Assembly (NCBI RefSeq): GCF_001194135.2 | Contig: NC_069003.1 | Span: forward strand, 17,443,937-17,507,936 | Direction of reading: 5' to 3' | From: Octopus bimaculoides | Taxonomy: Eukaryota | DNA length: 64,000 bases | In this document: positions 33,601-46,629 of the stretch, piece by piece | How the letters are laid out: each line of letters starts with the position of its first letter | How positions within the stretch are numbered: the stretch's first letter is position 1 | Notes under the pieces: model-generated | Told to the model about the DNA's origin: nothing | Seen by the model: the letters and a program-made list of their open reading frames with translations, nothing else | The model's database searches: none | Made by a program: the position numbers and the translations under genes

Positions 33601-36600
33601 AACTAGCTCTTCCCCCAGATTTCAGGCCTTGTACCTATATTAGAATGGATTATTGTTATCATTAACATGGTCAGCTGGCAAAATTATTAGCATGATGGAC
33701 AAAATGCTTAGTGGCATTTCATCTGAATTCAAATTCCATCAAGGTCAACTTTGCCTTTCATCCTTTCAAGGTCAATATAATCGTCTAGTCACCTCCCGCA
33801 AAATTTCGGGCCCTGAGCCTTTGTTAGAAAGGATTATTATCATTATTAAGGCGGGGAGCTGGCAGAATCATTAGCATTTTGTCCATCTTTATGTTCTGAG
33901 TTTGAATTCCACCAAGGTCAACGTTGCTTTCCATCCCTTCGCTGTCAATAAAATAAGTACCAGTGAAACACTAGAGTTGATATAATCAGCTAATCCCTGC
34001 CCCCAAAAATGCCAGGCCTTGTGCCTTTAGCAGAGAGGTTTATTATTATTAAGCTAAACGTAGTTGATAGCTTCTGCTATCTAGGTGACCAAGTTAGTAG
34101 TGGGGGAGGGTGTGCTGAAAGTGTAGCTGCTAGAATAAGAATAGCCTGGGCAAAGTTAAGAGAGCTCTTACATCTGCTGGTGACAAAGGGTCTCTCTCTC
34201 AGAGTAAAAGGCAGACTGTATGATTATGATGCATGTGTTCGAACAGCCATGCTACATGGCAGTGAAACATGGGCCGTGACTGCTGAGGACATGCGTAAGC
34301 TTGCAAGGAATGAAGCCAGTATGCTCTGATGGATGAGTAATGTCAGTGTTCATACTCGACAGAGTGTAAGTATCTTGAGAGAAAAGTTGAACCTAAGAAG
34401 CATCAGTTGTGGTGTGCAAGAGAGACGATTGCGCTGGTATGGTCATGTGGCGAGAATGGATGAGGATAGCTATGTGAAAAAGTGCCACACCCTTTCAGTT
34501 GAGGGAACCTGTGGAAGAGGTAGACCCAAGAAGACCTAGGATGAGGTAGTGAAGCACAACCTTTGAACATTAGGCCTCACCAAGGCAATGACTTGTGACC
34601 GAGACCTTTCTAAATATGCTGTGCGTGAGAAGACCCGGCAAGCCAAGTGAGGGCATAATCTGAAGCCTCTGCCAGGGGTGTAGCCAGCCCACTTATGTGT
34701 AGCTTTCCTTCATTGGACACTGAACTCCNNNNNNNNNNNNNNNNNNNNNNNNNNNNNNNNNNNNNNNNNNNNNNNNNNNNNNNNNNNNNNNNNNNNNNNN
34801 NNNNNNNNNNNNNNNNNNNNNNNNNNNNNNNNNNNNNNNNNNNNNNNNNNNNNNNNNNNNNNNNNNNNNNNNNNNNNNNNNNNNNNNNNNNNNNNNNNNN
34901 NNNNNNNNNNNNNNNNNNNNNNNNNCTCAGCTTGCGAAGACCTGTTGGGGCAAGTGAAAGCGAAATTGTGATGGCACCTGTACCAGTGGAGCGCTAAGAG
35001 CACCGTCCGAGCGTGATCATTGCCAGAGCAGCTGTCTGGCTTCCGTGCCAGTAGCAAGTAAATAGCACCATTTGAGCGTGATCGTTACCAGCGTCACCTT
35101 ACTGGCACTTGTGCTGGTGGCACGTGAAAAGACATTCGAGCGAGGTCGTTGCCAGTGCCGCTGAACTGGCTCCTGTGCAGGTGGCATGTAAAATGCACCA
35201 TTTTGAGTGTGACCGTTGCCTTTGACTGGCCTTCATGCCAGTGGCATGTAAAAGCACCCACTACACTCTCAGAGTGGTTGGTGTTAGGAAGGGCATCCAG
35301 CTGTAGAAACTACCAAATCAGATTGGAATCTGGTGTAGCCATCTGGTTCACCAGTCCTCAGTCAAACCGTCCAACCCATGCTAGCATGGAAGGCGGGCGT
35401 TAAACGATGATGATGATGTGGCAAGCTCGCAGACTCATGAGCATGCCAGGCCAAATGCTTAGTGATATTTCATCCATCTTTTTTCTCAAATTCCACCATG
35501 GTCTCCTTTGCCTTTCATCCTTTCAGAGTTGATGAAATAATTGCCAGTTGAACACTGGACTCGATTGATTTATCCCCTCCCCCAAACTTGCTGGCCTTGT
35601 GCCAAAATTTGAAATTATTATTATTATCCTCTCCTTACATTCCCTCAGACGGTATAGGCACATTGAAAAGTAGGTCTGGCAAGATTGTGGGGATGCTTGA
35701 AAGGAGATGTGTTGATGTATACTGTATCCAAGAAGTTCAGGGTGGGGGAGCTTCAGCCAGGTTCCTCACAGGCAAAAGGCATAGATATAAAGTCCAAACC
35801 AGACCTACGGTGATTTAGTATTGGAACAGTGTAGCTGACAGGGTCATTAGAGCAAAGAAATAGGTTTGGAAGGACTGGAAAGTGGTAGTAGCAAGGAGCT
35901 ATATCAGCTAGGAGGCAGGTGTACTTAGTCAGGGGTGAAACAGAAGGGAAGAAGTTCGCCAGTGTTTTGCAGCATGAAGACCAGCAGCTTGAAGTGCTTC
36001 AGTTTGCAAGACAGTGTGCCAGGGAAAATTTTGATGTTAGAGAGAAGTGTGTTCACATGGATAATGATTCACTTGCAGTTAGTGACTCTCTAAAGGAAGA
36101 GACTTGGAAGTGCCACTATGAAAGGCTACTAAATGTAGCAAACTCATGAGAGAAGGAGAGTCTAACTGAGGGATCAGCAATCAGAATAGACAATAACATG
36201 ATAGATAAAGCCATGAAGGATATGAAGACCAGGAAAGCCCCCAGCCCATCAGGAGTCACCACTGAGATGCTTAAAATATCCTGGTGGTGTAGGTTATGGT
36301 CTAGTCACCTGTATAGTATTCAGATCGTACACAAGGGAATCATACCTAATGACTGGTATAGCAGCACCTAGTCAACTGCTACAAAGATAAAGGTGACACC
36401 TTATATAGAAATAATTACCGAGGTGTCAAACTGTTGGATCAGGCAATGAAAGTTACAGAGAGGGTGATAGCCCAACTAATTAGGAAGAGAGTTTAGATGA
36501 GATGCAGTTTGGTTTTGTGTCAAGGAGAAGCATCACTGATGCTATATTTCTGGTAAGGCAGCTTCAGGAAAAGTACCTAGCCTAAAATAAACACCTGTAC

Positions 36601-39443
36601 TTCGCTTTTGTGGTCAATGTGGAAATTAGGGATAGATAAGTGGTTGGTGAGAGCTGTACAAGCTATGTACAGGGATGCTGTCAATACGATGAGGGTTGGC
36701 AACAAGTATAGCGATGAATTCAGGGTACAAGTAGGGGTTCACCAAGGATCAATCTTCAGCCCCTCTTGTCCATCATGGTCTTCCAGGCACCAACAGGAAC
36801 TCAAGACAGGCTGCCTCCAGGAGCTTCTCTATGCTGATGACCTTGTTCTCATTGCCAAAACTCTAACAGAACTAAAGAAGAAATTTCAGGGGTAGAAACA
36901 AGATCTAGAATAGAATTAATTTAACAAAGACCAGTCTTAGTAAGTAGGAAAATGGACAAATCACAAATCCCTTCAGGTAGGCAGCTCTGCTCGATCTGTT
37001 GTAAAGGCGTAGGTAGAAAATCCATAAGATGCACCCAGTGCAAGCTATGAACATATAAGAGGTGCAGCAATATCAGAGATGGGTTAATAGAGAAAATAGT
37101 CTTTTTGTGTAGCAACACAAACACTAGAAATGTCCAGAAATAGACTCCATCAAATGCCAGAGGAGATTCTAGACGTAGTTGATAGCTTCTGTTATCTAGG
37201 TCACCTAGTATAAGAACAGGCTGGGGAAAGTTCAGAGAGCTTCTCCCTCTGTTGGTAAGTAAGGGCCTTTCTGCAGAGTTAAAGGCAGATTGTATAAGAC
37301 CTGTATGTGAATAACCATGCTACACAGCAGTGAAACATGGGATGTGACTACTGAGGATATGCATGTGCTCAAAAGAAATGAAGCTAGTATGCTTTGCTGG
37401 ATGTGCAATGTCAGTTTGCATGCAAGACAATATATCATGAGAGAAAGGTTGGGCATAAGAGGCATCAGATGTGGTGTGCAAGAGAGACAACTGCGCTGGT
37501 ATGGTTATGTGATGCATATGGATGAGGGCAGCTGTATAAAGAAATGCTGATCTCTAACTGTGAAGGGAACCTGTAGAAGAGGTAGACCCAGGAAGACATA
37601 GGACAAGGTGGTGTAGTATGATCTTCCAACATTGGGCCTCACAGAGGTGATGACAAGTGACCAAGACCTTTGGTGATGTGCCGTGCTTGAGAAGAATGAT
37701 CAAGCCATGTGAAATTATAGTCATGGCCAATGCTAGTGTCACATAACTGGCATCCATTCCACTCTTGGAGTGGTTGGCGTTAGGAAGAGCATCTTGCTGT
37801 AGAAACCATTCCAAATCAGACTGGAAGTTAGTGTGTCACACCCTCTAACCCATGCCAACATGGAAAGTAGACACTAAATGATTATTATTATTATTATTAA
37901 CTTTCCTTTTCATGTTTCTGTTATAACACTTTTAGATCACTGAAGCTGCATCCATAAAGAACAGTGAGATAGCTAAAGAACTATGTCTTCCGCCAGTAAA
38001 GCTACATTGTTCCAGTAAGTGAGTTTATATTTAACTATTTAGGGGTTGATAAAATATGTACCAGTTGAGCATTGGGATCATTGAATGGACTTACTCTTTC
38101 CCCTACAATTGCTGGCCTTCTACCAACATCTGAATGAATTATTATGTTCCATCCTAAACAGAACCAGATTTGATTGCAAAAAAATAGACTTACCCAGATT
38201 ATTTAATGTCTGTTTTCCATGCTGGGATGGGTTGGATGGTTTGACATGAGCTGGGTAGCTGAAGAGCTGCCCTCAGTTCCATGTCTGTTTTGGCATGGTT
38301 TCTCAGGTTGGATGCCCTTCCTAACACTTTACAGAGTGTACTGAGTAGTTTTACACAGCACCAGTATGAGTGCTTTTACATGGCACCTGCATGGGTGCTT
38401 TTTATGTGGCACCAACACCTACACGCCCACAAAATTAGGATCATTCAGCTGAAGAGGGATGCAGGGGACAAGCCTGCATGCAAGGACAACCATGATTTTA
38501 CTTAGCTTTTACTTGATATGTTTTCTTATGCACAGCAAACTGCCAGAAGCCTCAGTCTCTTGTCATCCCCTCTGTAAGGCCCAACATCTTAAGATCCTTT
38601 CTCACTACTTCATCCCACACTTTTCTAGGTCTACCCCTTCTATATGTTCCCTCCACAATTAGAGATTGGCACTTCTCGATGCAATTGTTCTCATCCATAC
38701 ACATTACCTAGATGTTTCTCTTTTTTTAATATAAGCATCTAACAGCTGTCTGCTGGTGTTGTTTCTGTTGGAGCAACATTATAAGAAGACATTCCATGTG
38801 ACCATGTCATGTTTGTAGAAATATTATATCTAAGATTACATTTGCTAATCCTCATCATATTAAATTTTCCAGGCTTAAATGGGCATCCATTCCATGACCA
38901 GATGCCCTTCCTGTCACCAAGTAATGTAATATTTTCCTGTGGTTAGACAAGGCTTTTGAAGAATTTTGGAAGTGAATGGCAGTTATCACGTCAAGAAGAG
39001 ACACACACACACGTGTGTGATGAACATCTTTTAGTTTCTCTTTCTCAAATCCACTGACAAGGCTTTTGTTGGCCAGGGGATTTAGTAGGGGACTCTGGCC
39101 CAAGGTGCCATGCAGTGAGATTGAACCCAAAACCAGATGGTTGGGAAACAAATTTCTCAACCATACAGCCACGTCTGAGCCCTAACCACAATATCTTTTT
39201 TGTTCAATACCTTATTTGTGATATGTCTAACAACTTCCAACAGGCTTCATCTGTGATCACATTCTGCTCCTATCGGTGGGAGTTGATAATGATGGTGGTA
39301 ATGATAATATAATAATGATGTTATGTTGTGACTGTAATTGTAAGTCATCTGTATTTTCTGTTCTCCTTTTAGTGTTGGCTGAAGATGCAATTAAAGCAGC
39401 GTTAAATGATTACAAGCGAAAGAAGCAACAAACAAAGTTCTGA
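26526..39443 (+). CDS. ISCU: Iron-sulfur cluster assembly scaffold ISCU, mitochondrial; complete, 152 aa
   Basis: join(26526-26609,30197-30310,32616-32726,37936-38014,39373-39443), all GT-AG. Product MALLRNVAYSLRSLTESKNIVVALYHKNVIDHFENPRNVGS...GAPACGDVMKLQIKV...FKTFGCGSAIASSS...ELCLPPVKLHCSMLAEDAIKAALNDYKRKKQQTKF*. The three Cys ligands, His, Asp and the LPPVK chaperone motif are intact. Confidence 0.98.
27730..27990 (-). mobile_element. Penelope-like pseudo-LTR fragment carrying the hammerhead
   Basis: Related to 14460-14945 (gactaaaatgtaagactc vs caactaaaacgtaaggctc; cattacataa..ctccaca). Confidence 0.5.
27798..27849 (-). ncRNA. Type I hammerhead ribozyme motif, Penelope-like-element style
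   Basis: Minus strand reads CACU-CUGAAGA-gaucggcc aaacuacu ggcugcauc-GAAA-cguac-GUA-AGUG: intact core, stems I and II, and palindromic ACGUACGU stem III. Confidence 0.85.
28010..28230 (-). mobile_element. Helitron/Helentron-like tandem junction
   Basis: Minus strand ...atatatagata|TACTAGCAGCAATACCCG-N8-CGAGTA, the same terminus type as 14949. Confidence 0.45.
28267..29840 (-). mobile_element. RTE LINE, 5'-truncated, ISCU intron 1
   Basis: ORFs 29484-29867 and 28659-28856 carry RT motifs; tail at left. Confidence 0.9.
30197..30310 (+). CDS. ISCU: ISCU exon 2 (VIDHFENPRNVGS...PACGDVMKLQ)
   Basis: 114 nt, phase 0-0, GTAAGT donor. Confidence 0.98.
31091..31594. mobile_element. 504-bp MITE in ISCU intron 2
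   Basis: TIR GGYWTACCTCCACATGTG; perfect 8-bp TSD GTTTATAA; internal repeated subterminal motifs. Confidence 0.85.
31789..32113. mobile_element. hAT-type MITE
   Basis: CAGGGGTTGCYAA inverted ends; decayed 8-bp flanks tttatcat/gtcttcat. Confidence 0.65.
32616..32726 (+). CDS. ISCU: ISCU exon 3 (IKVDDNGKIIDAKFKTFGCGSAIASSSLATEWVKGKS)
   Basis: ttttctctccag acceptor, GTGAGT donor, 111 nt; lies inside track ORF 32406-32861. Confidence 0.98.
33270..34045 (+). repeat. Four head-to-tail SINE copies in ISCU intron 3
   Basis: Same family as 1985-2480; copies joined at (ATT)n tails. Confidence 0.8.
34055..35420 (+). mobile_element. RTE LINE, 5'-truncated, ISCU intron 3
   Basis: ORFs 34009-34329 and 34333-34539; 3' UTR repeat array; (GAT)n tail. 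Confidence 0.9.
35640..37880 (+). mobile_element. Older, internally deleted RTE LINE (APE start, RT, tail)
   Basis: GIGTLKSRSGKIV.MLERR.VDV.CIQEV, LLYADDLVLIA, SETWDVT; many stops and frameshifts. Confidence 0.85.
37936..38014 (+). CDS. ISCU: ISCU exon 4 (ITEAASIKNSEIAKELCLPPVKLHCS)
   Basis: 79 nt, GTAAGT donor, LPPVK motif. Confidence 0.98.
39373..39443 (+). CDS. ISCU: ISCU exon 5 (M-LAEDAIKAALNDYKRKKQQTKF*)
   Basis: ttctccttttag acceptor, TGA at 39441-39443. Confidence 0.97.
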
Positions 39444-39632
39444 AATATTGTGGTATAAAAGAACAAAATCTGCTCTAAGCTAGATTTTCCTGCCTTTGGT
39501 CTCTCTAAGAATTATTTTAGCTGGATTTGTTGGTTTATAATACTAATCCTTGCCTATGCCTAGCAGATCATTTCTGATCCTTTGACTTTGTACAATGAAT
39601 GTTTGACTTGTGGGTGGAGCCAACATATCATT

Positions 39633-39638
39633 AATAAA
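39633..39638 (+). terminator. Candidate proximal polyadenylation signal of ISCU
   Basis: AATAAA about 190 nt after the stop; further AATAAA at 39739, 39987, 40773 and 41410. Confidence 0.55.
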
Positions 39639-39885
39639 ATTATATATTTTAATGAGCTATTAAATATTCACACAGCTGTGTGTCTGATGATGGTGGTGGT
39701 TTTAAATGGCCAGAAGAAAATTGAAGCATCTGTATTTAAATAAAATAGGACACACAATCAAGTATGTATTTATCCGATTGGACATTCAAGTAGCTGTGCA
39801 TTCAAATATACAGTAAGATATTCCAGTTCCTGTGAGTATATAATAGGACATTATTGAAGCAGTATTATATACATATATATATAAA

Positions 39886-40646
39886 AGAAAATGAGATGAC
39901 AAAGGACAAAACAATTGTGTTATGAACTTCATTAGCTTCCAACTGCTTCTGCTATAAGATGCAGTGTACTCATAGTTGAGTACCTGAATAAAACCTTACA
40001 GCTTCATTGGAGCTTCAAATATGAAGTGCAATTTATTTGAGAAAAGAATTACATTTGTGCCTATATATAGAGAAAGGCATTGCCAATGAGAAAATCAATA
40101 CAAATGTGTATAAAAAAGTGTTTATCCAAAAGTTAATTAGATCTTATTGCAGAAATATAGGTATATAAATATATATATATATATATATACAAGTAATACA
40201 AAAATACATGACGGAGGATATATCAAACTATCAATAATTATTTATGAATATATCAATGGCCAAACATGTTATCATAAAATACATAGAAGAAGAATGTTTA
40301 TAATTATGAACAAGTCACAATTATAATTAAGTGGGTTTCAAAAACACATGTTTAGAAATAGCAGTCAAAATTGCTATAAAACCACTATTATCGCTCATAT
40401 TATTTCTCTTCCAGATAAAAGCTGTCTGCAGGTGACATGACATATAGAGTCCACAACTCAAATCCATTTATTTTTAAGTTGTGGATTCTATATGTCATGT
40501 TACCCACAGACAGCTTTTATCGTGTGGAGAAATAATATGAGTGATAATAGTGGCTTTATAGCAGTTCTGACTGCTATTTCTAAACATGTTTTGGAAACCC
40601 TCTTAGTTATAACTGTGACTTGTTCATAATTATAAACATTCTTCTC

Positions 40647-40677
<31 letters not shown>

Positions 40678-40830
40678 CATGCATGCACTCAAAAACACCA
40701 TGTAACTCTTTTTGAAATAAATTGCACTTCATGTTTGAATCTATGAGTCCAGTGCATCTTATTGCAGAAACAGCTGTTAGCTAATAAAGTTCATAACATA
40801 ATCGTTTTGTGCTTTGTCATCTCATTTTCT
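39886..40830. repeat. Nested long inverted repeat (foldback) downstream of ISCU
   Basis: Inner arms 40288-40458 / 40477-40645; outer arms 39886-40054 / 40700-40830. Confidence 0.9.
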
Positions 40831-40959
40831 TATTACCACTTCATACTCATCTAACACTTTGTTCAGGAGCATGTGTATATTCAGTTCTATACTGGGTTAT
40901 TAGTCTCACAATGCCTAAGCAATATATATAAGTTCATAATAGAAAATTGGAAGAATTAT

Positions 40960-41410
40960 GCGTCTGCATAATAGGACATTCAAAGACATGTATTTGTACA
41001 AATAGACTATGAAACAACTGTATGTATATACATTAGAACATTGAAACAAATATATGATAGGGGTTACATACATAACTATTGTGTTTAAATATGCAATAGG
41101 ACACTTAAACATGTGTATTTACATATATAATACAACATCCAAGCATGTGTATATGTAAATATATACTAAGATATTTGAATATGTGTGTTTTGATGATACA
41201 ATAGGACATCTATGTCTTTCTTTTAAATGTGAAATAGGACATCCAGGTATCTGTATTTTTAGAATATTAAAGAGGATCTTTAAGTATCAGTATATTTAAA
41301 TATGAAATAGGACATTTGAGCATATGCTTATTTAGATATATGATTGGACATCCAAACGTCTGTATATCTGATGTAAACTAAAACATGAGCATCTGTATAT
41401 TTTATATCAA
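40960..41410. repeat. Degenerate ~35-bp minisatellite (aataggacat... units); related units at 39725-39870
   Basis: aataggacat/attggacat recurs every 33-37 bp. Confidence 0.75.
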
Positions 41411-43989
41411 ATAAAGCCTTGTTTCGTTATTTTTTTAATGCTTTGTTTGTTTGTTCCAAACCTTCAACTTATAAAGTAGAACTTTTCACAAGTTCAATAG
41501 TTTTGAGCTGATGATAAACAATTGGTTCACTGGAAATGACACACTGGTTTGCTGTAGACCTGTAACTCTGATGTATTTTATCCTGGCCACTAGTATTTTG
41601 AGTTCAAATCCCACCATGGTTGACTTTGCATTTTATCCTTTCAGGGGTCAATATAATGTACTAGTCAAGAGCAATGAGCTGACAGAAATATTAGAATATC
41701 AGATGGGGACACATAAAAGCACCTGTTACATTCTTGGAGTGGTTGGTGTTAGGAAGGGCATCCAGCCATAGGAACCATGACAAATCAGACTGGAGTCTGG
41801 TGCAGCTTGCCAGCCCCAGTCAAACCATCCAAGCCATCCAAGTATGGACAACAGATGCTAAATTATGATTATGATGATGTCTTGTGATATTTGTTCTGGC
41901 TCTTTGTTCTCTGAGTTCAAAATCCACCGTAGCCTGTTTGTGTGGTACCCTTTACCTAGTTTAACCTGGTTCCTCTGATTTATGTATATCACCCTTCCTT
42001 TTATCTACCTTACCTGTCTCTAAATCTCTGTGAAGGGTTACTGTCCCTCCCTCATGACTAAACCCTAAAAAAAAAAATAAGGCTTGAACCAACAAAACTT
42101 CTCCAGTTTATCCAAATCATATCTTATATTGTGTATACATGGTTTTGAGTTCTGTCTCACAGCATGGGACATTGAAAGAATGTCTTCTACTGTAGCCCCA
42201 AGCCAACCAAAACTTTGTGTGTGGATTTGGTAAATGGAAATTTAAAAGAAGCCCATCATTATATGTGTGTTTGTGTGCACACTTATCCAGTCATCATATG
42301 ATAGTTGTAAATGAGCATCGTTGTCATGCAGACAATGTTGTTGGCTTCCACTCTTCTGTGAAAATATCTGGCCATAGGGAAATATATTGCTTGGAAAATA
42401 GGTGAGGGTTAGTGACAGGAAGGGCATCTGGATACAGAAAATGTCTCGGCAAATTCTGACTGACCCATGCAAAGATGGAAAAATAGATGTTGCACAAGGA
42501 TGTATTTGGTAGAAAATAGTACCTTCTCCTACAGATGAGTCACTGGTTTATTACATTTATGGTGGGGAATATGACGAGAGTTGTCTTTGAAGCGAGATAA
42601 ATATTATACAGGCTATTTTGAATTCAGATCACCAATTTTCTATATATTTGCACATTCCATATATATATTTGATAGGGACAATCTCAGAATGCTGAACCTT
42701 TTGGATGAGGTGACAAAGGACCAAGTTACCTGGTGCCTTGCTGTTCTCAAGAAGACTCATCCGCTATAGCAGAAGTGTTAAGGCCATGTCCCCTGATGAG
42801 GGGTCCTGTGCTGGTGCCACATTAAAAGCACCCAGCACACACTTCAGCCAAATCAGACTGGAACCTGGTGCAGCTCTCTGATTTGGTCAAACTGTCTAAC
42901 CCATGTCAGCATAAAAAACAGGCATTAAAGTATGATGATTTGAATAATCACAAAAACAATTGCTGATATTTAATATGCATGTTTCAAGTAGCTACCTATT
43001 CTTACTGATACCACTCATCAGTCATCACAAGAGAAGCACTTTGCTCATGATGACTAATGTCAAACGCATTCAAAATACCAGTAATTATTTGGGTGTTTAT
43101 TCAAGTACATAATTCATGTTTATAACAATATAGCCAATCCCTTCTTGTATAATATGGTTACAACACAACACTGGTATTCAAGTGGATGTTGATCTAGATA
43201 CTAAGTCAAAAGTATCTGGTAAAGTGTATTCCATCAAAACACACTACCAGATATTTATGGATATACATGTGCATGTATGTATATGTGTCTTCATCATTTT
43301 AACATCAGCTTTTTCATGCTTGCATGGATCAGACACAATTTGTTGTGGCAGATTTGCTATTCCCTGATGTCCTTCCTATTGCCCCCCCCCCCACCTATTT
43401 CCAAGCAGGGTAATATTTCCTCATGGCCAGACATATTTTCACAGAATATTGGAAATGAATGGTGCTGTTTGTCTGACAATGACACTCATTTATGCAATGT
43501 CAAGACAGGGAGACATGGACATACTTGTACACACATATACATATGATGGGCTTTTTAATGTTTCCACCTACCAAATCCACTGTAATGCTTTGTTGGCTCA
43601 GGACTAGAGTAGAAGACAACATGTCCAAACCCTAAAGCATGTGGTTTTGAATTACGCAGCCATGTATGTAATTATGCAGTATACTTTAAAGTAATTACTG
43701 ACAGTCAGTTCAGCTTGTCATGCCACCAGAACTAACGGATATTATCATGTGCTCTTGCAGGGAAATGGAAAGTAAACTATGAATGTTAATCTTAATTTTC
43801 TCTCTTTTCTCTCTACATATTCCATTTTAGTACATATTTTTAGTAAAGTTTTTCAAAAACCGAAACGTGTAAATGCAGTCATATAAAAGGAAAATTAAAA
43901 TGTACCCAATTTGAAGAAAGTAGCATTTTTGTTCTTGTTTTTCATAACACTCGTGTGTTACCTCTAAACATTTTTTCAAATATATATAT

Positions 43990-44180
43990 ATCGTATATAT
44001 GCATAAGTGTAAATGTATATATATATCATATGTACATAAGTATATATGTGTATTATATATATATATAAATACATAAGTATATATGTGTATTATATATATA
44101 TAAATACATACGTATATATGTGTATTATATATATATAAATACATACGTATATATGTGTGTATATACATAAGTATATATAT
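43990..44180. repeat. AT-rich ~37-bp minisatellite
   Basis: catacgtatatatgtgtattatatatatatataaata repeated about four times. Confidence 0.7.
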
Positions 44181-44183
44181 ATA

Positions 44184-46345
44184 TCATCATCGTTTAACGT
44201 CCGCTTTCCATGCTAGCATGGTTTGGACGATTTGACTGAGGACTGGTGAACCAGATGGCTATACCAGGTTCCAATCTGATTTGGCAGAGTTTCTACAGCT
44301 GGATGCCCTTCCTAACGCCAACCACTCCGAGAGTGTAGTTGGTGCTTTTATGTGCCACCGGCACGAAGGCCAGTCAGGAGGTGCTGGCAACGGCCACGCT
44401 CGAAATGGTGTATTTTATGTGCCACCTGCACAGGAGCCAGTCCAGCGGTACTGGCAACGAACTCGCTCAAATGTCTTTTTACGGAAGCCAGACAGCTGGT
44501 ACTCTGGCAATGATCACACTCGGACGGTGCTCTTAGTGATCTACTGGTACAGGTGCCATCATGATTTCGCTTTCTCTTGCCCCAACAGGTCTTCACAAGC
44601 CGAGTGTAGTGTTCAATGAAGAGACGTTGGCATGGGTGCCAGTCTACAAATTTAGTTCGATTTTGATTTCACTTGCCTCAACAGGTTTTCGCAAGCGGAG
44701 TTTAGTGTCCAAAGAAGGAATGTTATGCATAAGTGGGCTAGTTACATCCCAGGCAGAGGCCTTGGATTTTGGTCTCACTTGGCTTGCCGGGTCTTCTCAC
44801 ACACAGCATATTTCCAAAGGTCTCGGTCAGAAGTCATTGCCTCAGTGAGGCCTAATGTTCGGAGGTCGTGCTTCACCACCTCGTCCCAGGTTTTCCTGGG
44901 CCTGCCTCTTCCACGGGTTCCCTCAACTGCTAGGGTGTGGCACTTTTTCACACAGCTATCCTCATCCATTCTTGCAACATGTCCATACCAGCGCAATCGT
45001 CTCTCTTGCACACCACAACTGATGCTTCTTAGGTTCAACTTTTCTCTCAAGATACTTACACTCTATCAGGTATGCACACTGACATTACTCATCCATCGAA
45101 GATTACTGGCTTCATTCCTTGCAAGCTTACACATGTCCTCAGCAGTCATGGCCCATGTTTCACTGCCATGTAGCATGGCTGTTCGTACACATGCGTCATA
45201 CAGTCTGCCTTTTACTCTGAGTGAGAGGCCCTTTGTCGCCAGCAGAGGTAAGAGCTCTCTGAACTTTGCCCAGGCTATTCTTATTCTAGCAGCTACACTT
45301 TCAGCGCATCCTCCCCCACTACTAACTTGGTCACCCAGATATTGGAAGCTATCAACTATGTCCAGTTTTTCTCCCTGGAATGTGACAAGTTGTTTTCTGC
45401 ACATTTTCAGTGTTTATTGCACCTGAACATCTGCTACATACAAAAACTAACTTCCTAGTTAACCTTCCTTTGATATTGCTGCACTTTTTATGTGTCCATA
45501 GCTTACACTGGGTACATCTTATAGAGTTTCTACCTACGCCTTTTCTACAGATCGAGCAAGGTCATCTACTTGAAGGGGTTTGTGTTTTGTCTACCTTCCT
45601 ACTTATTAAGACTTTGGTTTTAGCTAGGTTGACTCTAAGGCCCTTCGATTCTAGTCCTTGCTTCCACACCTGAAACTTCTCCTCTAGTTCTGATAGTGAC
45701 TCAGCAATTAGTGCAAGGTCATCAGCAAAGAGGAGCTCCCAGGGGCATCCCATCTTGAATTCCTGTGTTATTGCCTGGAGGACTATGATAAATAGGAGAG
45801 AGCTGAGGACTGAACCTTGGTGGACCCCTACCTCTACCTGGAATTCTTTACTTGTTGCCAACCCTCACCTTACTGACAGCGTCCCAGCCACTCATTTATT
45901 CCTAGTTTCTTCATTGACCACCAGATAAGGGAGCGGTGGACTCTGTCAAAGGCTTTCTCCATGTCAACAAAAGCCAGGTACAGAGGTATATCTTTGGCTA
46001 GGTATTTCTCCTGCAGCTGTCTTACCAGAAATATAGCATCAGTGGTGCTTTTCCCTGGCCCGAACCCAAACTGCATCTCATCTAAACTGACTCTCTCCCT
46101 AATTAGTTGGGCTATGACCCTCTCTGTGACTTTCATTACCTGATCCAACAACTTGATACCTCCGTAATTGTTTGTGTCTAAAGCGTCACCTTTACCTTTG
46201 TAGCAGTTGACTATGGTGCTGCTACACCAGTCATTGGAGATGACTCCTTCATGTATCACCTGATTAATTATACAGATGATCAGGCTATAGCTGACACTGC
46301 CAGATATTTTGAGCATCTCTGCAGTGATTCCTGATGGGCCGGGGG
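44184..46345 (-). mobile_element. RTE LINE, fairly young, RT domain to tail
   Basis: ORFs 44775-45050, 45066-45404, 45562-45861 and part of 45870-46658 form near-contiguous RT and C-terminus. Confidence 0.92.
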
Positions 46346-46629
46346 CCAAATGATATAAATATAAAAAAGTAAAAGATATGCAATTTAAAAATATAAAGTA
46401 GTATTTAAATATAATATATANNNNNNNNNNNNNNNNNNNNNNNNNNNTATATAAAAGTACGTATATATGTATGTACATGCAAACATATGTAGATACATAT
46501 ATGTTCATACATCCATAGTTACCTTTAAACATGCATATATATACATACATACTCACATTCGTACATACACAAATACATGCATACCTACATATTGGATCAT
46601 CCTGTGGTTTTTTCAATTGTATGAAGTTG

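Noticed and set aside
39444-39900. miR-210 site as in mammalian ISCU 3' UTR
   Set aside because: No CGCACA seed match seen; the closest is CACACAG near 39666.
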